From NCBI GenBank assembly GCA_965249315.1, contig OZ252225.1, forward strand, positions 2,214,814 through 2,278,813: DNA of 64,000 bases, written 5' to 3'. Positions 1 to 9,621 of the stretch are shown piece by piece (the first letter of the stretch is position 1; every line of letters begins with the position of its first letter). The notes under the pieces were generated by a model. The model was not told the DNA's origin and made no database searches. It saw only the letters and a list, made by a program, of their open reading frames with translations. Both the position numbers and the translations under genes were made by a program. The stretch comes from Dehalococcoidia bacterium (GTDB lineage: Bacteria; Chloroflexota; Dehalococcoidia; Lucifugimonadales; UBA1127).

Positions 1-1
1 G

Positions 2-856
2 GACATCACGGTGTTCGATGAGGACCAGTGTCGAGAGATGGGGATGAACGCCTACCTCGGCGTCGCTCGCGGGAGCAACGAGCCCCCGAAGTTCATCGTC
101 CTTAGCTACAAGGGCGACCCCGACAACCCGGAGAACAACCTGGGCATCGTCGGCAAGGGCATCACCTTCGACTCTGGCGGCATCTCGCTGAAGCCCGCGG
201 CGGGCATGGGGGCCATGAAGGGGGATATGTCGGGAGCGTCGTCGGCCATCGGCTCAATGCTGGCCATTGGCCGGCTGAAGCCCCGGATCAACGTCACTGC
301 CATCGTGGCCGCTACGGAGAACATGCCCAGCGGCACGGCCACTAAGCCCGGTGACATCCTCCGGGCGATGAACGGCAAGACCATCGAGGTGGACAACACG
401 GACGCCGAAGGCCGGGTCACCCTGGCCGATGCGATCACCTACGCCAAGCAGATCGGCCTGGTGCGCCTGGTGGACATCGCCACGCTCACTGGCGCCATCC
501 GGACCGCTTTGGGGGACCTTCGCCTGGGGCTCTTCACCAACAACCAGGACTGGGCGGACCAGGTGCTCCGGGCCTCTGAGGCCGCCGGAGAGCGGATGTG
601 GCAGCTGCCCATGGACGAGGAGTACAAGGAGCTCAACCACAGCGACTGGGCTGACGTGAAGAACACAGGAGGACCTTCGGCCGGTTCCATCACAGCGGCG
701 CACTTCATCGGCGTCTTCGCCGAGGATACGCCGTGGGTGCACCTGGACATCGCCGGAGTCGCGAGGCTGCCCAAGAACCGGGGCCTCTACGTCACGGGGC
801 ATACGGGTATCCCCGTGCGTTCCCTGGTGCGTCTGGCCCTGGACCTGGCCGGCTAG
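2..856 (+). CDS. pepA: Leucyl aminopeptidase (M17), C-terminal catalytic part; 5' end outside window
   Basis: The frame of ORF 11..856 stays open back to base 2. Motifs GKGITFDSGGISLKP and NTDAEGRVTLAD match M17 metal/active-site signatures. Confidence 0.9.
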   Translation, partial: DITVFDEDQCREMGMNAYLGVARGSNEPPKFIVLSYKGDPDNPENNLGIVGKGITFDSGGISLKPAAGMGAMKGDMSGASSAIGSMLAIGRLKPRINVTAIVAATENMPSGTATKPGDILRAMNGKTIEVDNTDAEGRVTLADAITYAKQIGLVRLVDIATLTGAIRTALGDLRLGLFTNNQDWADQVLRASEAAGERMWQLPMDEEYKELNHSDWADVKNTGGPSAGSITAAHFIGVFAEDTPWVHLDIAGVARLPKNRGLYVTGHTGIPVRSLVRLALDLAG

Positions 857-887
857 CTTCCGTGAGGTAGGGAGCCTCCGCGGTCTA

Positions 888-2081
888 TCAGGGGGCTCCC
901 TCTCCGGGCTCGGCGTCCGGGTCGGTCTGGCTGCTGCTTCGCGGGCGGGTCTGCCGTAGCTCGCGGATTTCCGCCAGCGGCGGCCCGTCGTTGTTGGCGG
1001 AGGGGTACACCAGCTTCCGCACCGGGTAGTTGATCTCGATTCCCTCTTCCCCGAAACGCTTGTGCAGCCGCTTGATGAGCTCTGACTTCAGCACGAAGGA
1101 GCCGACCCTGTCCTCCGCCTCCAGCCAGACCCAGAAGTCGATATTGGAGTCCCCGAACTGCTCGTAGCCGAACCAGGGCTGGAAGTCCTTGATGGCTCCT
1201 GGTACCTCAGCGACCACTTCACTGGCCACCTCCAGTGTAACGCTCTCCACGCGGGCCAGGTCGCTGTCATAGCTCACGCCCGAGCTCACTATGACCCCGA
1301 TGCTCATCGTCGGCCCGTAGTAGTTCGTGAGAATGCTGTCGGAGATACGGGTGTTGGGGATGGTCACGAGGTTGTTGAAGGGGGTCCGAATGCGGGTGCT
1401 ACGCCAGCTGATTTCCGTAACGTACCCTCGCAACCCACCTTCGATCTCCACGTAGTCCCCCGGCGCCATGACGTCGCTTGAGGCCAGGTACGTTCCGGCG
1501 AAGAAGTTGCTCAGCGTGGGCTGGAGCGCCAGGGCCACGGCTATGCCGCCGATGCCCAGGCCCGCAATGAGCGGGCTGATCTCTACGCCCAGCTGGTCCA
1601 GGACCAGCACCCCGGCGGTCAGGTAGATCGCCACTTTGATGATTCGCTCCAGGGCCGGGATGATTCTGGCCGCGAAGTTCGCCTCGCGGTGGGAGGACGT
1701 GTAGCTCGCGTACCAGTCGATCATCTCGTTGACGAGGCGGGCGATCACCATCGCCGCGAGGATGGTCATGAGGACGCCCCACGCCGTGACGATCTCGTCG
1801 CGCCATGGGTCCAGTGCACTGACGACCGAGGTTGCCACGAACAGCCCTTGGACGAAGACGATCACGTGAACGGGCATTGTGATGGCGCCAATGAGCTGCT
1901 TACCCAGTTCGTTCTGCCACTGGCGGGTGAGGGCTTTCGTCACCGTGTAGAGCAGCAGGTCTACCACCCCGTTCAGGATGATGAACAGGGATAAAATGCC
2001 AAGGGCGTAGACGCCCTCCTGGAAGTCCTCGCTAAAAGTCAGACCAGCGAAGGTAAACTCGGGTATGAGGTCCTCAAGCAT
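888..2081 (-). CDS. Small-conductance mechanosensitive channel (MscS family)
   Basis: 397 aa with N-terminal TM helices, followed by an MscS-like beta-domain (GDYVEIEGGLRGYVTEISWRSTRIRTPFNNLVTIPN). Confidence 0.85.
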   Translation of the reverse strand: MLEDLIPEFTFAGLTFSEDFQEGVYALGILSLFIILNGVVDLLLYTVTKALTRQWQNELGKQLIGAITMPVHVIVFVQGLFVATSVVSALDPWRDEIVTAWGVLMTILAAMVIARLVNEMIDWYASYTSSHREANFAARIIPALERIIKVAIYLTAGVLVLDQLGVEISPLIAGLGIGGIAVALALQPTLSNFFAGTYLASSDVMAPGDYVEIEGGLRGYVTEISWRSTRIRTPFNNLVTIPNTRISDSILTNYYGPTMSIGVIVSSGVSYDSDLARVESVTLEVASEVVAEVPGAIKDFQPWFGYEQFGDSNIDFWVWLEAEDRVGSFVLKSELIKRLHKRFGEEGIEINYPVRKLVYPSANNDGPPLAEIRELRQTRPRSSSQTDPDAEPGEGAP

Positions 2082-2149
2082 CGCGGATACCTACTCTTCA
2101 CATAACGCGTATTGTTGCCGTTGTAGCGACACCGTTCAGCAGTTTACCA

Positions 2150-2510
2150 CGAACGGTGGAATGGAGCCCCAGTCGCCGGGGGAAATACGGCGGCGGTGCG
2201 TGGACCGGCCCGATCACCGCAAAGCCCATTGCCCGTGCGACGGCCCAACCCCTCGTCGCATCCCCAAGCTAAAGCGGCAAGGCCGCCTCTGCCGCTGGAG
2301 CTCCGATCCAGGGGGAGGCCAGAGGGGTCTCCCCTCTGGCAAGGGGTCTGGGGGATGTGCCCCCAACTAAAAAAACCTCCGAGGGCGGGCGGGTGGGCCC
2401 ACCCAAGGTCTACCGTAGGGAGACCCCCGCATCGCTCTACCTGCCATTCCCCACAAAGGCCCAACCCCTCGCCGCATCCCTAAGCTGAAGCGGCACTGCC
2501 GCCATGTTCC
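2150..2510. repeat. Intergenic mosaic repeat block
   Basis: Palindrome ccagaggggtctcccctctgg (2319-2339), hairpin tgggggatgtgccccca (2349-2365), an A7 tract, palindrome gggtgggcccaccc (2391-2404), and two ccaacccctcg[tc]cgcatccc[ct]aagct[ag]aagcggca modules. Confidence 0.85.
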
Positions 2511-2539
2511 TTGAGGCCTAGAGGCCCCTATGCTAGCAT
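2511..2539 (+). promoter_or_regulatory. Candidate sigma70-type promoter of lepA (TTGAGG-17 nt-TAGCAT)
   Basis: -35 at 2511-2516, 17-nt spacer, -10 at 2534-2539. The ATG at 2548 lies 9 nt after the -10, suggesting a leaderless or near-leaderless mRNA. Confidence 0.35.
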
Positions 2540-4389
2540 TAGACGCAATGGATCATTCCGGCATTCGCAACTTCTGCATCATCGCCCACATTGACCACGG
2601 CAAGTCCACGTTGGCGGATCGGCTCCTGGAGCTCACGGGCACCGTGGAGGCGCGCCAGATGACGGCCCAGTTCTTGGACTCCATGGACCTGGAGCGGGAG
2701 CGGGGCATCACCATCAAGGGCAAGGCCGTGCGCATGCTCTACCGCCACCCCGGCGGAGAGACTTACCAGCTCAATCTCATCGACACCCCGGGGCACGTGG
2801 ACTTCAGCTACGAGGTCTCGCGAGCCCTCGCGGCCTGCGAGGGCGCTCTGCTGATCGTGGACGCCTCCCAGGGCATCCAGGCCCAGACGCTGGCGAATGC
2901 CTACCTGGCTGCGGGCTCGGACCTGGTCCTGCTGCCCGTTATCAACAAGATCGACCTGCCCGCGGCCGAACCCCAACGCATAGCTGGGGAGTTGGAGCAG
3001 GTATTCGGCTTCCGCTCCGACGAGCTCCTGCACATCTCGGCTAAGGACGGCGCGGGAGTGCCCGCGGTGCTGGAAGCCATCGTGGACAGGGTGCCTCCGC
3101 CCCGTAACCTTCCCGAGTCTCCCCTGCGGGCCCTCATCTTCGACTCGGTCTACGATCCCTACAAGGGCGTGGTGGCCTACGTGCGTGTCTTCGACGGGGC
3201 GATGCGAACCGGGGACCGCATGCTCATGGTCGGCACCGGCAGTGCCAGCGAGGCGGTGGAGGTAGGTGTATTTCGTCCCACCCTCCAGCCCACGGGGTCT
3301 CTTGCCGCCGGCGAAGTGGGCTACGTGGCTACGGGCCTCAAGAACCTGGAGGAATGTCAAGTCGGGGATACCCTGACGCACCAGGGACGGACTCCGCCAC
3401 CGCCTCTTCCCGGCTACCAGCCGCTGAAGCCCATGGTCTTCACGGGCCTCTATCCGTCCGACGGGGAGTCCTACGAGCTCCTGCGAAACGCCCTTGAGAA
3501 GCTCCGCCTCAACGACGCCGCGCTGGTCTACGAGCCGGAGAGCAGCCCCGCCCTCGGCTTCGGCTTCCGAGTGGGCCTGTTGGGGCTCCTCCACCTGGAG
3601 ATTGTCCAGGAGCGGCTGGAGCGGGAGTATGACCTCAGCCTCGTTGCCACCGCGCCCAGCGTCGTGTACCAGGTGGTGCTGCAGACAGGCGACGTGGTCG
3701 ACGTGGCCAACCCGGCGGATATGCCCCCGGCGAACGTCGCCACGGAGGTCCGGGAGCCGTGGGTGGAGCTGACCATCATCTCCCCCTCCCGCTACATCGG
3801 CACCATCATGGAGTTGGCCACCTCCCGGAGGGGGGTGTACAAGCGAATGGAGTACCTGTCCTCCACGGTGGGGAATGGGACCGAGTCGGCGCCGGCATCG
3901 GATGCCCGGGTCCTGTTGGAGTACGAGACCCCGCTGTCGGAGATCCTGATGGACTTCTACGACCAACTCAAGACCCGGACCCAGGGCTACGCATCGCTCG
4001 ACTATCGCCCCTTGGGGTTCCGTGCCGGCCCTCTGGTGAAGCTGGACGTGCTGCTCAACGGGAACCCCGTCGATGCGCTGAGCTTCGTCGTGCACCGGGA
4101 CCGGGCCTACGAACGAGGCAAGACACTAGTCGAGCAGCTTCGGAAGGTCATCCCCCGCCAGCTCTTCGAGGTTGCTGTCCAGGCGGCTATCGGAGGGCGC
4201 ATCATCGCCCGGGAGACCATCCGGGCCCTCCGCAAGGACGTGCTGGCGAAGTGCTACGGTGGCGATGTGACGCGCAAGCGAAAGCTCCTGCAACGCCAGG
4301 CCGAGGGGAAGAAGCGGCTCAAGCGAGTGGGCCAGGTGGAGGTCCCCCAGGAGGCCTTTCTAGCGCTGCTCAAGCTGCCGGGAAAATAG
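2530..4389 (+). CDS. lepA: Elongation factor 4 (LepA); start may be the ATG at 2548
   Basis: GTPase motifs [17 protein letters not shown] and NKID, plus a LepA-type C-terminus ([18 protein letters not shown]). Confidence 0.95.
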   Translation: MLALDAMDHSGIRNFCIIAHIDHGKSTLADRLLELTGTVEARQMTAQFLDSMDLERERGITIKGKAVRMLYRHPGGETYQLNLIDTPGHVDFSYEVSRALAACEGALLIVDASQGIQAQTLANAYLAAGSDLVLLPVINKIDLPAAEPQRIAGELEQVFGFRSDELLHISAKDGAGVPAVLEAIVDRVPPPRNLPESPLRALIFDSVYDPYKGVVAYVRVFDGAMRTGDRMLMVGTGSASEAVEVGVFRPTLQPTGSLAAGEVGYVATGLKNLEECQVGDTLTHQGRTPPPPLPGYQPLKPMVFTGLYPSDGESYELLRNALEKLRLNDAALVYEPESSPALGFGFRVGLLGLLHLEIVQERLEREYDLSLVATAPSVVYQVVLQTGDVVDVANPADMPPANVATEVREPWVELTIISPSRYIGTIMELATSRRGVYKRMEYLSSTVGNGTESAPASDARVLLEYETPLSEILMDFYDQLKTRTQGYASLDYRPLGFRAGPLVKLDVLLNGNPVDALSFVVHRDRAYERGKTLVEQLRKVIPRQLFEVAVQAAIGGRIIARETIRALRKDVLAKCYGGDVTRKRKLLQRQAEGKKRLKRVGQVEVPQEAFLALLKLPGK

Positions 4390-4415
4390 CTGTCGACTAA
4401 GGGAAAGGACGAGAC

Positions 4416-4634
4416 ATGGTAGCGGTAGTCCGTCTCCTCGTCGTCCTGCTGCTCGTGGGAGTGGGGATCTACCTCTTGCGACACCGCCTGGGCCTCGCGT
4501 CCCCCCATCCTCGGCTCCCGCGGGAGCCCCGGCCCATGCCCTACTGCCGTAAGTGCGAAAGCAACCGCCAGGTCGTCGAGCGTCCATACGAAGGCTTTCG
4601 CTGGTACTGCCAGCGGTGCCGGGAGGCGTTCTAG
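4416..4634 (+). CDS. Small membrane-anchored zinc-ribbon protein (hypothetical)
   Basis: 72 aa with an N-terminal hydrophobic helix, then CRKC...CQRC (two CxxC pairs). An SD-like aaggacgag precedes the ATG. Confidence 0.5.
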   Translation: MVAVVRLLVVLLLVGVGIYLLRHRLGLASPHPRLPREPRPMPYCRKCESNRQVVERPYEGFRWYCQRCREAF

Positions 4635-4639
4635 TCCCA

Positions 4640-4950
4640 GCGCGGGGGCCCAATTCCACCGAAAGCCCCCATCGCTCCTACGAAGAACTAGACCTCGCCG
4701 CAACCCAACGCCGCAAGCAGAAGCGGCACTGCCTCCCGCCTCTCCTGAGGGAGAGGCCGACGCTCAGCGGCGGGTGAGGGCGGACAAGCAGGATAGGTGA
4801 TGCCGCCGCTTAGGGGAGTCCAGAGGGGGCTTCCCCTCTGGCAAGGGGCCTGGGGGATGTGCCCCCAGTTTCTAAAAAACGTCCGAGGGCGGGCGGGTGG
4901 GCCCAACCAACGCACATTCCCCCTCTGGGAGAGGGTTGGGGTGAGGGCAA
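4640..4950. repeat. Intergenic mosaic repeat block
   Basis: A same-orientation copy of the 2319-2404 composite (about 4819-4911), plus aagcagaagcggcactgcc, the hairpin ctctcctgagggagagg, and ccctctgggagagggttggggtgagg. Confidence 0.85.
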
Positions 4951-4952
4951 GT

Positions 4953-5831
4953 TCATCCCTGCCCTGGGTACCCTAGCTCCTTGTTCAACACCTCACGCAC
5001 CTGCGACCCCATCTCCTCCCGCCGCAGGGCCAGCGCCACGGCCGCCTGCAGAAGGCCCACCGGGTTACCGGCGTCGTAGCGCGTGCCGTGCAACCGGTGA
5101 GCGTACATCCCCTGGCTCTCCAACAGCCGCGCCAGGCCGTCCGTCAGCTGGATCTCGCCCCCCGCGCCCGGCTGGACTTGCTCCAGAGCGGCGAACACCT
5201 CGGGCGTGAGCACGTAGCGCCCCACGATTCCCAGGTTGGAGGGCGCCTCGTCGGGAGGGGGCTTCTCCACTAGCCCCAGCACCTGGTACAGGCCCTCCGC
5301 CACCGCCCGCGGTTCGATGGCCCCGTATGCGCTGATGCGCTCCATCGGCACCTCCTCCACGGCCACTACGCTGGCCCGCCGCTCCCGGGCGACGGCCAGG
5401 AGCCTGCCGATGGCCGGGGCGTCGTCCAGAATGAGGTCGTCGGGCAGGAGGACGGCGAAGGGCTCGTCACCGACGGCGTGCCGGGCAGTCAATACGGCGT
5501 TGCCGAGACCGAGCTGCTCCTCCTGGGGGACGGTGCTGAACTCGGCCGCATCCATGAGGCGCTGCACGGGAGCCAGGAGGTGGGAGCGCCCCTTGTCCCG
5601 CAGGAAAGCCTCCAGCTCCGGAGCAGGGGAGAAGTAGTCCGCGAGCGCATCCTTCCCCGGCGACGTCACCAGTATGATGCGGGTTAGCCCCGCCTGGACC
5701 GCCTCCTCCACGATGTAGTGGATCATGGGCCGGTCAACCAGGGGGAGTAGGTTCTTGGGGACGGCCTTGGAGGCGGGAAGCATGCGGGTGCCCCACCCTG
5801 CGGCGGGGATGACGGCGGTCCTGACCTCCAT
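4953..5831 (-). CDS. galU: UTP--glucose-1-phosphate uridylyltransferase
   Basis: The N-terminus AVIPAAGWGTRMLPASKAVPK is the GalU nucleotide-binding signature. I chose the ATG at 5831, which has GGAG 8 nt upstream. Confidence 0.9.
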   Translation of the reverse strand: MEVRTAVIPAAGWGTRMLPASKAVPKNLLPLVDRPMIHYIVEEAVQAGLTRIILVTSPGKDALADYFSPAPELEAFLRDKGRSHLLAPVQRLMDAAEFSTVPQEEQLGLGNAVLTARHAVGDEPFAVLLPDDLILDDAPAIGRLLAVARERRASVVAVEEVPMERISAYGAIEPRAVAEGLYQVLGLVEKPPPDEAPSNLGIVGRYVLTPEVFAALEQVQPGAGGEIQLTDGLARLLESQGMYAHRLHGTRYDAGNPVGLLQAAVALALRREEMGSQVREVLNKELGYPGQG

Positions 5832-6101
5832 TGCTCGACTCCACACGCGTCGCAGATGCACGGGAATTCTACCACGCTCTACCCATTCTCCTTCTGTCCG
5901 GCCTCTCCCTAAGGGAGTCGCCTATGCTAGGGTGGCTGGCCGCCAAGAGCGGCCCAAATCTCACACAGGCTAGGTCGGCTCTGCCGCCTTCCATGCGTGT
6001 GAACAAATGCGGGCGGGGTTGACTGCGGGGGCTGCACGCCGCATTCTATCGGGCGCGAAGAACACCATGAACCTTGGCGAGTTCAGCCCGGAGGGCGGTG
6101 A

Positions 6102-6500
6102 ATGACGAATCGTGATGAGGCGTTGGCCCTGTTGGATGCCTCCTACAACGGCGTCCTGACCACGCTGGCAGCGGATGGACGGCCGATCGGTACACCGGTT
6201 TGGTCTGCGCTCATCGATGGCTACCTGTACATCCGTACGATGACCGACAGCGAGAAAGTGCGCCGCCTGCTGGCCGACCCGCGCTGCTCCTTCGTCGCGG
6301 AGACCGGCATGGCGCTGGAGGACATCCACTACACGCACGTGAGTGCGGAGGCTACCCTCGTGGAGGACCCGGGAGAGCGTTGGATCGCCATTGTCGCCCT
6401 CACCGGGAAATACGGCCCCGAGCCCCTGCCCATGGAGGACCCCGGGCCGGACGTCGTCACTGTGCTGCGCCTCAGCACCGAGCGACTCTTCTACTTTTGA
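6102..6500 (+). CDS. Pyridoxamine 5'-phosphate oxidase-family (PPOX / F420-dependent-like) small protein
   Basis: 132 aa with a pattern typical of the split-barrel PPOX family (GVLTTLAADGRPIGTPVW...YIRT). Confidence 0.75.
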   Translation: MTNRDEALALLDASYNGVLTTLAADGRPIGTPVWSALIDGYLYIRTMTDSEKVRRLLADPRCSFVAETGMALEDIHYTHVSAEATLVEDPGERWIAIVALTGKYGPEPLPMEDPGPDVVTVLRLSTERLFYF

Positions 6501-6689
6501 CCACCGCGCCGCGCAGTTGAGCGGTGGTGTGGGGTCAGCCTCCCCCCTCGGCGGCTGGGAAGGCGCTCCCTGCCTGGCCAACGTCTGCAGGTGCAACCCT
6601 CTTGGGCGCCCCTCCCCAGCTTTGGGTCCAGGGCTTGCCCTAGTTGACACCCTGCGGAGCCTGCCCCTACGATGGTTCGTGGCCGTGCT

Positions 6690-6930
6690 AGATGGGGAGC
6701 TGGCGGTGCCCTGAACCCGCAATCCGCCATAGCGGGGTTGAACTCCTCCCCCAGGTGGGGCGCTTCTGCCGCTGCCGTCGGTCAGGGGTGTGGAAGGCTG
6801 GGTCCCGCGCGACGGTGGCCTGTGAACCCCGCCAGGCCCGGAAGGGAGCAACGGTAAGCAGGGACCCCGGGCGCCGCGGGGACTCCTGGCTGGAGCCCTT
6901 CCCGCCGGTTATGCAGCGGTGTTCCCATCA
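6690..6930 (+). ncRNA. ffs: Signal recognition particle RNA, long form with Alu-like 5' domain (boundaries approximate)
   Basis: The domain IV core CCGCCAGGCCCGGAAGGGAGCAACGGTAAGCAGGGAC has a GGAA tetraloop and AGCA loop. The 5' GGCGGTGCCCTGAACCCGC resembles the Alu-domain helix 3/4 motif. 5' gatgggga pairs with 3' ttcccatc, and long helix-5 complementarity is visible (ggaagg/ccttcc, gtcccgcg/cgcggggac). Confidence 0.75.
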
Positions 6931-6963
6931 AAGGGAGGTGCACGGCCTACTCCCGATGCGCCA

Positions 6964-7884
6964 ATGAGTCTCGATTCCCCCCACACAACGCCTGAAGCCT
7001 CCGACTCCGCTCTCCGCGGCCCAGAGCGGGCCTTGGCCGGCGCGGCGCCGTCGTCGATAGGTGCGCTGCTCCGAGACTTGGGCCTTTCTCCCCGCAAGGC
7101 CTTGGGGCAGCACTTCCTCGTCAGTCCGGGTGTGCTGACCCGCATCCTCGACGCGGCGGACATCGCCCCTGGCGACGCGGTGGTGGAGGTGGGCCCCGGC
7201 CTGGGCGTCCTCACTCGAGGCCTAGTCGAAAGGGGCGCTCGCGTGACCGCCGTCGAGCTGGACGACGAAATGGCGGCCGCCCTGGCCCGCTCCTTCGCGG
7301 ACCAGGACCGCGTCCGCATCCTCCACGCCGATGCGCGGACGGTAGGCCTGGGCTCCCTGGCGGCCCCTGGCGAGCCCTACATGGTCGTGGCGAACCTCCC
7401 CTACTACGCCGCCACGCCCATCGTGCGGCGCTTCCTGGAGGCCGAACGCCCGCCTCAACGGCTGGTCGTCACCGTGCAGCGGGAGGTGGCCCGGAGCATG
7501 GTGGCGACGCCCGGCGGCCTGGGACTCCTGGGCTTGGGCGTCCAGTTCTACGGTGCGCCTCGCATCGTCGCCACCATTCGCCCCGGTGCTTTCTACCCGC
7601 CGCCCAAGGTGACCTCCGCGGTGGTGCGGATCGACCTCCACTCTCAGCCGCTGCTGCCACCATCCCAGCGGGAGGGCTTCTTCGCCCTGGCTCGCGCTGC
7701 GTTCAGCGCGCCTCGGAAGCAGCTCCGCGGAGGTCTGAGCCACGCGCTCGGCAGGCCTCCCGACGCGGTGGCAGACCTGCTCCGAAGGGGGGGAGTCGAC
7801 CCCACGCGGCGGCCACAGACCCTTGCTCTGGACGAGTGGGCTGCGCTGTACCGGGTCTTCCGGGAGGCGGGGTGGATGCCGTGA
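6964..7884 (+). CDS. rsmA: 16S rRNA (adenine1518/1519-N6)-dimethyltransferase; start uncertain
   Basis: Motifs LGQHFL, VVEVGPGLGVLT and NLPYY are KsgA/RsmA signatures. The track start at 6919 overlaps the SRP RNA, so I moved it to the ATG at 6964. Confidence 0.85.
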   Translation: MSLDSPHTTPEASDSALRGPERALAGAAPSSIGALLRDLGLSPRKALGQHFLVSPGVLTRILDAADIAPGDAVVEVGPGLGVLTRGLVERGARVTAVELDDEMAAALARSFADQDRVRILHADARTVGLGSLAAPGEPYMVVANLPYYAATPIVRRFLEAERPPQRLVVTVQREVARSMVATPGGLGLLGLGVQFYGAPRIVATIRPGAFYPPPKVTSAVVRIDLHSQPLLPPSQREGFFALARAAFSAPRKQLRGGLSHALGRPPDAVADLLRRGGVDPTRRPQTLALDEWAALYRVFREAGWMP

Positions 7885-8729
7885 ACGTGCGCGCCTACGC
7901 GAAGATCAACCTCGCGCTGGAGGTCCTGGGCCGCCGGAGCGACGGCTACCACGAGGTGCGCACGGTCCTCCAGACCATCGAGCTCTGGGACGACCTGGAG
8001 TTCGCCCCGGCCGAAGACCTCAGCGTGGAGTGTGAAGGCTTGGACGTGCAGCCCCAGGAGGAGCTGTCCTACCGGGCCGCTCTGCTGCTCCAGCGGGCCT
8101 CTTCCACCCGCCAGGGGGCCGCTATCAGGCTCCGCAAGGGCATCCCCGTGGCCGCGGGCCTGGGCGGCGGCAGCGCCGACGCCGCTGCGACGCTGCAGAC
8201 CCTGCGCCGCCTCTGGCGTGTTGATATCTCCCATGAGGCGCTTCACGGCCTGGCCGCCCAGCTTGGCGCCGACGTGCCCTTCTTCCTCGGGGGCGGCACC
8301 GCCTTGGCCTCCGGCCGGGGCGACGTCATCACGGCCCTGCCTCCTCTGCCGCATACGTGGCTGGTGCTCCTGCCCGTGTCCGCCGCCCTCCCGTCGAAGA
8401 CTGCCGCACTCTACGCCAGGCTGCGCCCGGAGCACTACGGCGACGGCAGCAGCGTGGACGCTCTGGCCGACGCTCTGCGTGCGGGCACGCCCGTGCGGGA
8501 GGAATGGATGGTCAACACCTTCGCGCACGTCGCGGACGACGTCTACCCCGGCCACGCGGCGCGTCGCAAAACCCTGGCGGCCGCAGTGAGCGGCACGGCG
8601 CACCTGTCCGGTGCAGGGCCCAGCCTCTACGCCCTCGTCGCCGGCCGAACAGAGGGCGAACAGGCTTGCGCCCGCCTTCGCGCTGAAGGATTGCAGCCGC
8701 AACTGGTCCACACCATGACGCCCCCGTAG
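7881..8729 (+). CDS. ispE: 4-diphosphocytidyl-2-C-methyl-D-erythritol kinase
   Basis: The AYAKINLALEV N-terminus and GHMP kinase loop PVAAGLGGGSADAAA. The GTG at 7881 overlaps the rsmA stop (GTGA). Confidence 0.9.
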   Translation: MNVRAYAKINLALEVLGRRSDGYHEVRTVLQTIELWDDLEFAPAEDLSVECEGLDVQPQEELSYRAALLLQRASSTRQGAAIRLRKGIPVAAGLGGGSADAAATLQTLRRLWRVDISHEALHGLAAQLGADVPFFLGGGTALASGRGDVITALPPLPHTWLVLLPVSAALPSKTAALYARLRPEHYGDGSSVDALADALRAGTPVREEWMVNTFAHVADDVYPGHAARRKTLAAAVSGTAHLSGAGPSLYALVAGRTEGEQACARLRAEGLQPQLVHTMTPP

Positions 8730-8734
8730 GGGCG

Positions 8735-9000
8735 GTTCGAGAACCGTCCCAAGCCTCCCGCCTCTCTTTAAGGGAGAGGCCGACGCGAAGCGGCGTGTGA
8801 GGGCGTCTCCCACCTGGGGGTGTCCAGAAGGGTCTCCCCTCTGGCAAGGGGTTTGGGGATGTGCCCCCAACTACAAGAATCACCCGAGGGCGGGCGGGTG
8901 GGCCAACCCAATGCCGCAAGCAAGAGCGGCTCTGCCTCCCCGCCTCCAGCGTCGCACGAAGCCTGACGCGCTAAGCAAAAGCGGCGATGCCGCCCCTATA
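8735..9000. repeat. Intergenic mosaic repeat block
   Basis: A third same-orientation copy of the composite (about 8823-8910), plus the hairpin ctctctttaagggagagg and two aagca[an]gagcggc modules. Confidence 0.85.
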
Positions 9001-9004
9001 ATGG

Positions 9005-9520
9005 ATGCCAGGAGGCCCTGTAATGCCGCCGGATGAGCAGACGCCGGAGATGCCGGAGTGGGCGCGTGGAGACCCGCTCATGGAGTGGTACGCCACCCAG
9101 ATATGGGGCAGGCGCATCGACGACGATGACGCCCTGTTCGAGATCATGTGCCTGCAGGTCTTCCAGGCCGGACTCACGTGGCGCATGATCCTGGCCCGGC
9201 GGGACGCCTTCCGCGCAGCCTTCCTCGGCTGGCGCATCGACCGGGTGGCGGCGATGGGCCCGGAGGACGTCGACGCGCTCCTCGGCGACGCCTCCATCAT
9301 TCGCAACCGCAGGAAGATTGAGGCGTGCATCGCCAACGCGCAGACCGTCCAAGAGCTCCAGCGGCGGCACGGCGCCTTCTGCGCCTGGTTCTACGAAGTC
9401 CTGCCCGGTGACGACCTGGCCGAGCTCCAGCGTGCCCTGCGGGCCACGTTCCGGTTCATGGGGCCGGAGATCGCTCGAATGTGGCTCATGGCCAGCGGCC
9501 GCATCCCCGCCGAACTGTAG
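9005..9520 (+). CDS. tag: DNA-3-methyladenine glycosylase I
   Basis: 171 aa with a Tag-like core (LFEIMCLQVFQAGLTWRMILARRDAFRAAF, IIRNRRKIEA). Confidence 0.85.
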   Translation: MPGGPVMPPDEQTPEMPEWARGDPLMEWYATQIWGRRIDDDDALFEIMCLQVFQAGLTWRMILARRDAFRAAFLGWRIDRVAAMGPEDVDALLGDASIIRNRRKIEACIANAQTVQELQRRHGAFCAWFYEVLPGDDLAELQRALRATFRFMGPEIARMWLMASGRIPAEL

Positions 9521-9621
9521 GCGTCACCACAAAGCTTCGCCATTTTGCTATAGTTTGGGGTATGGCCCGCTGATGCTAGCGGGCGCTGTGCTGTAGCGGA
9601 TTGGTTGGGAGAGAGGGTCAA

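Noticed and set aside
6919-6963. Track start codon of rsmA at 6919
   Set aside because: It would overlap the 3' helix of the SRP RNA and add a non-conserved N-terminal extension, so I moved the start downstream. The exact start is still uncertain.
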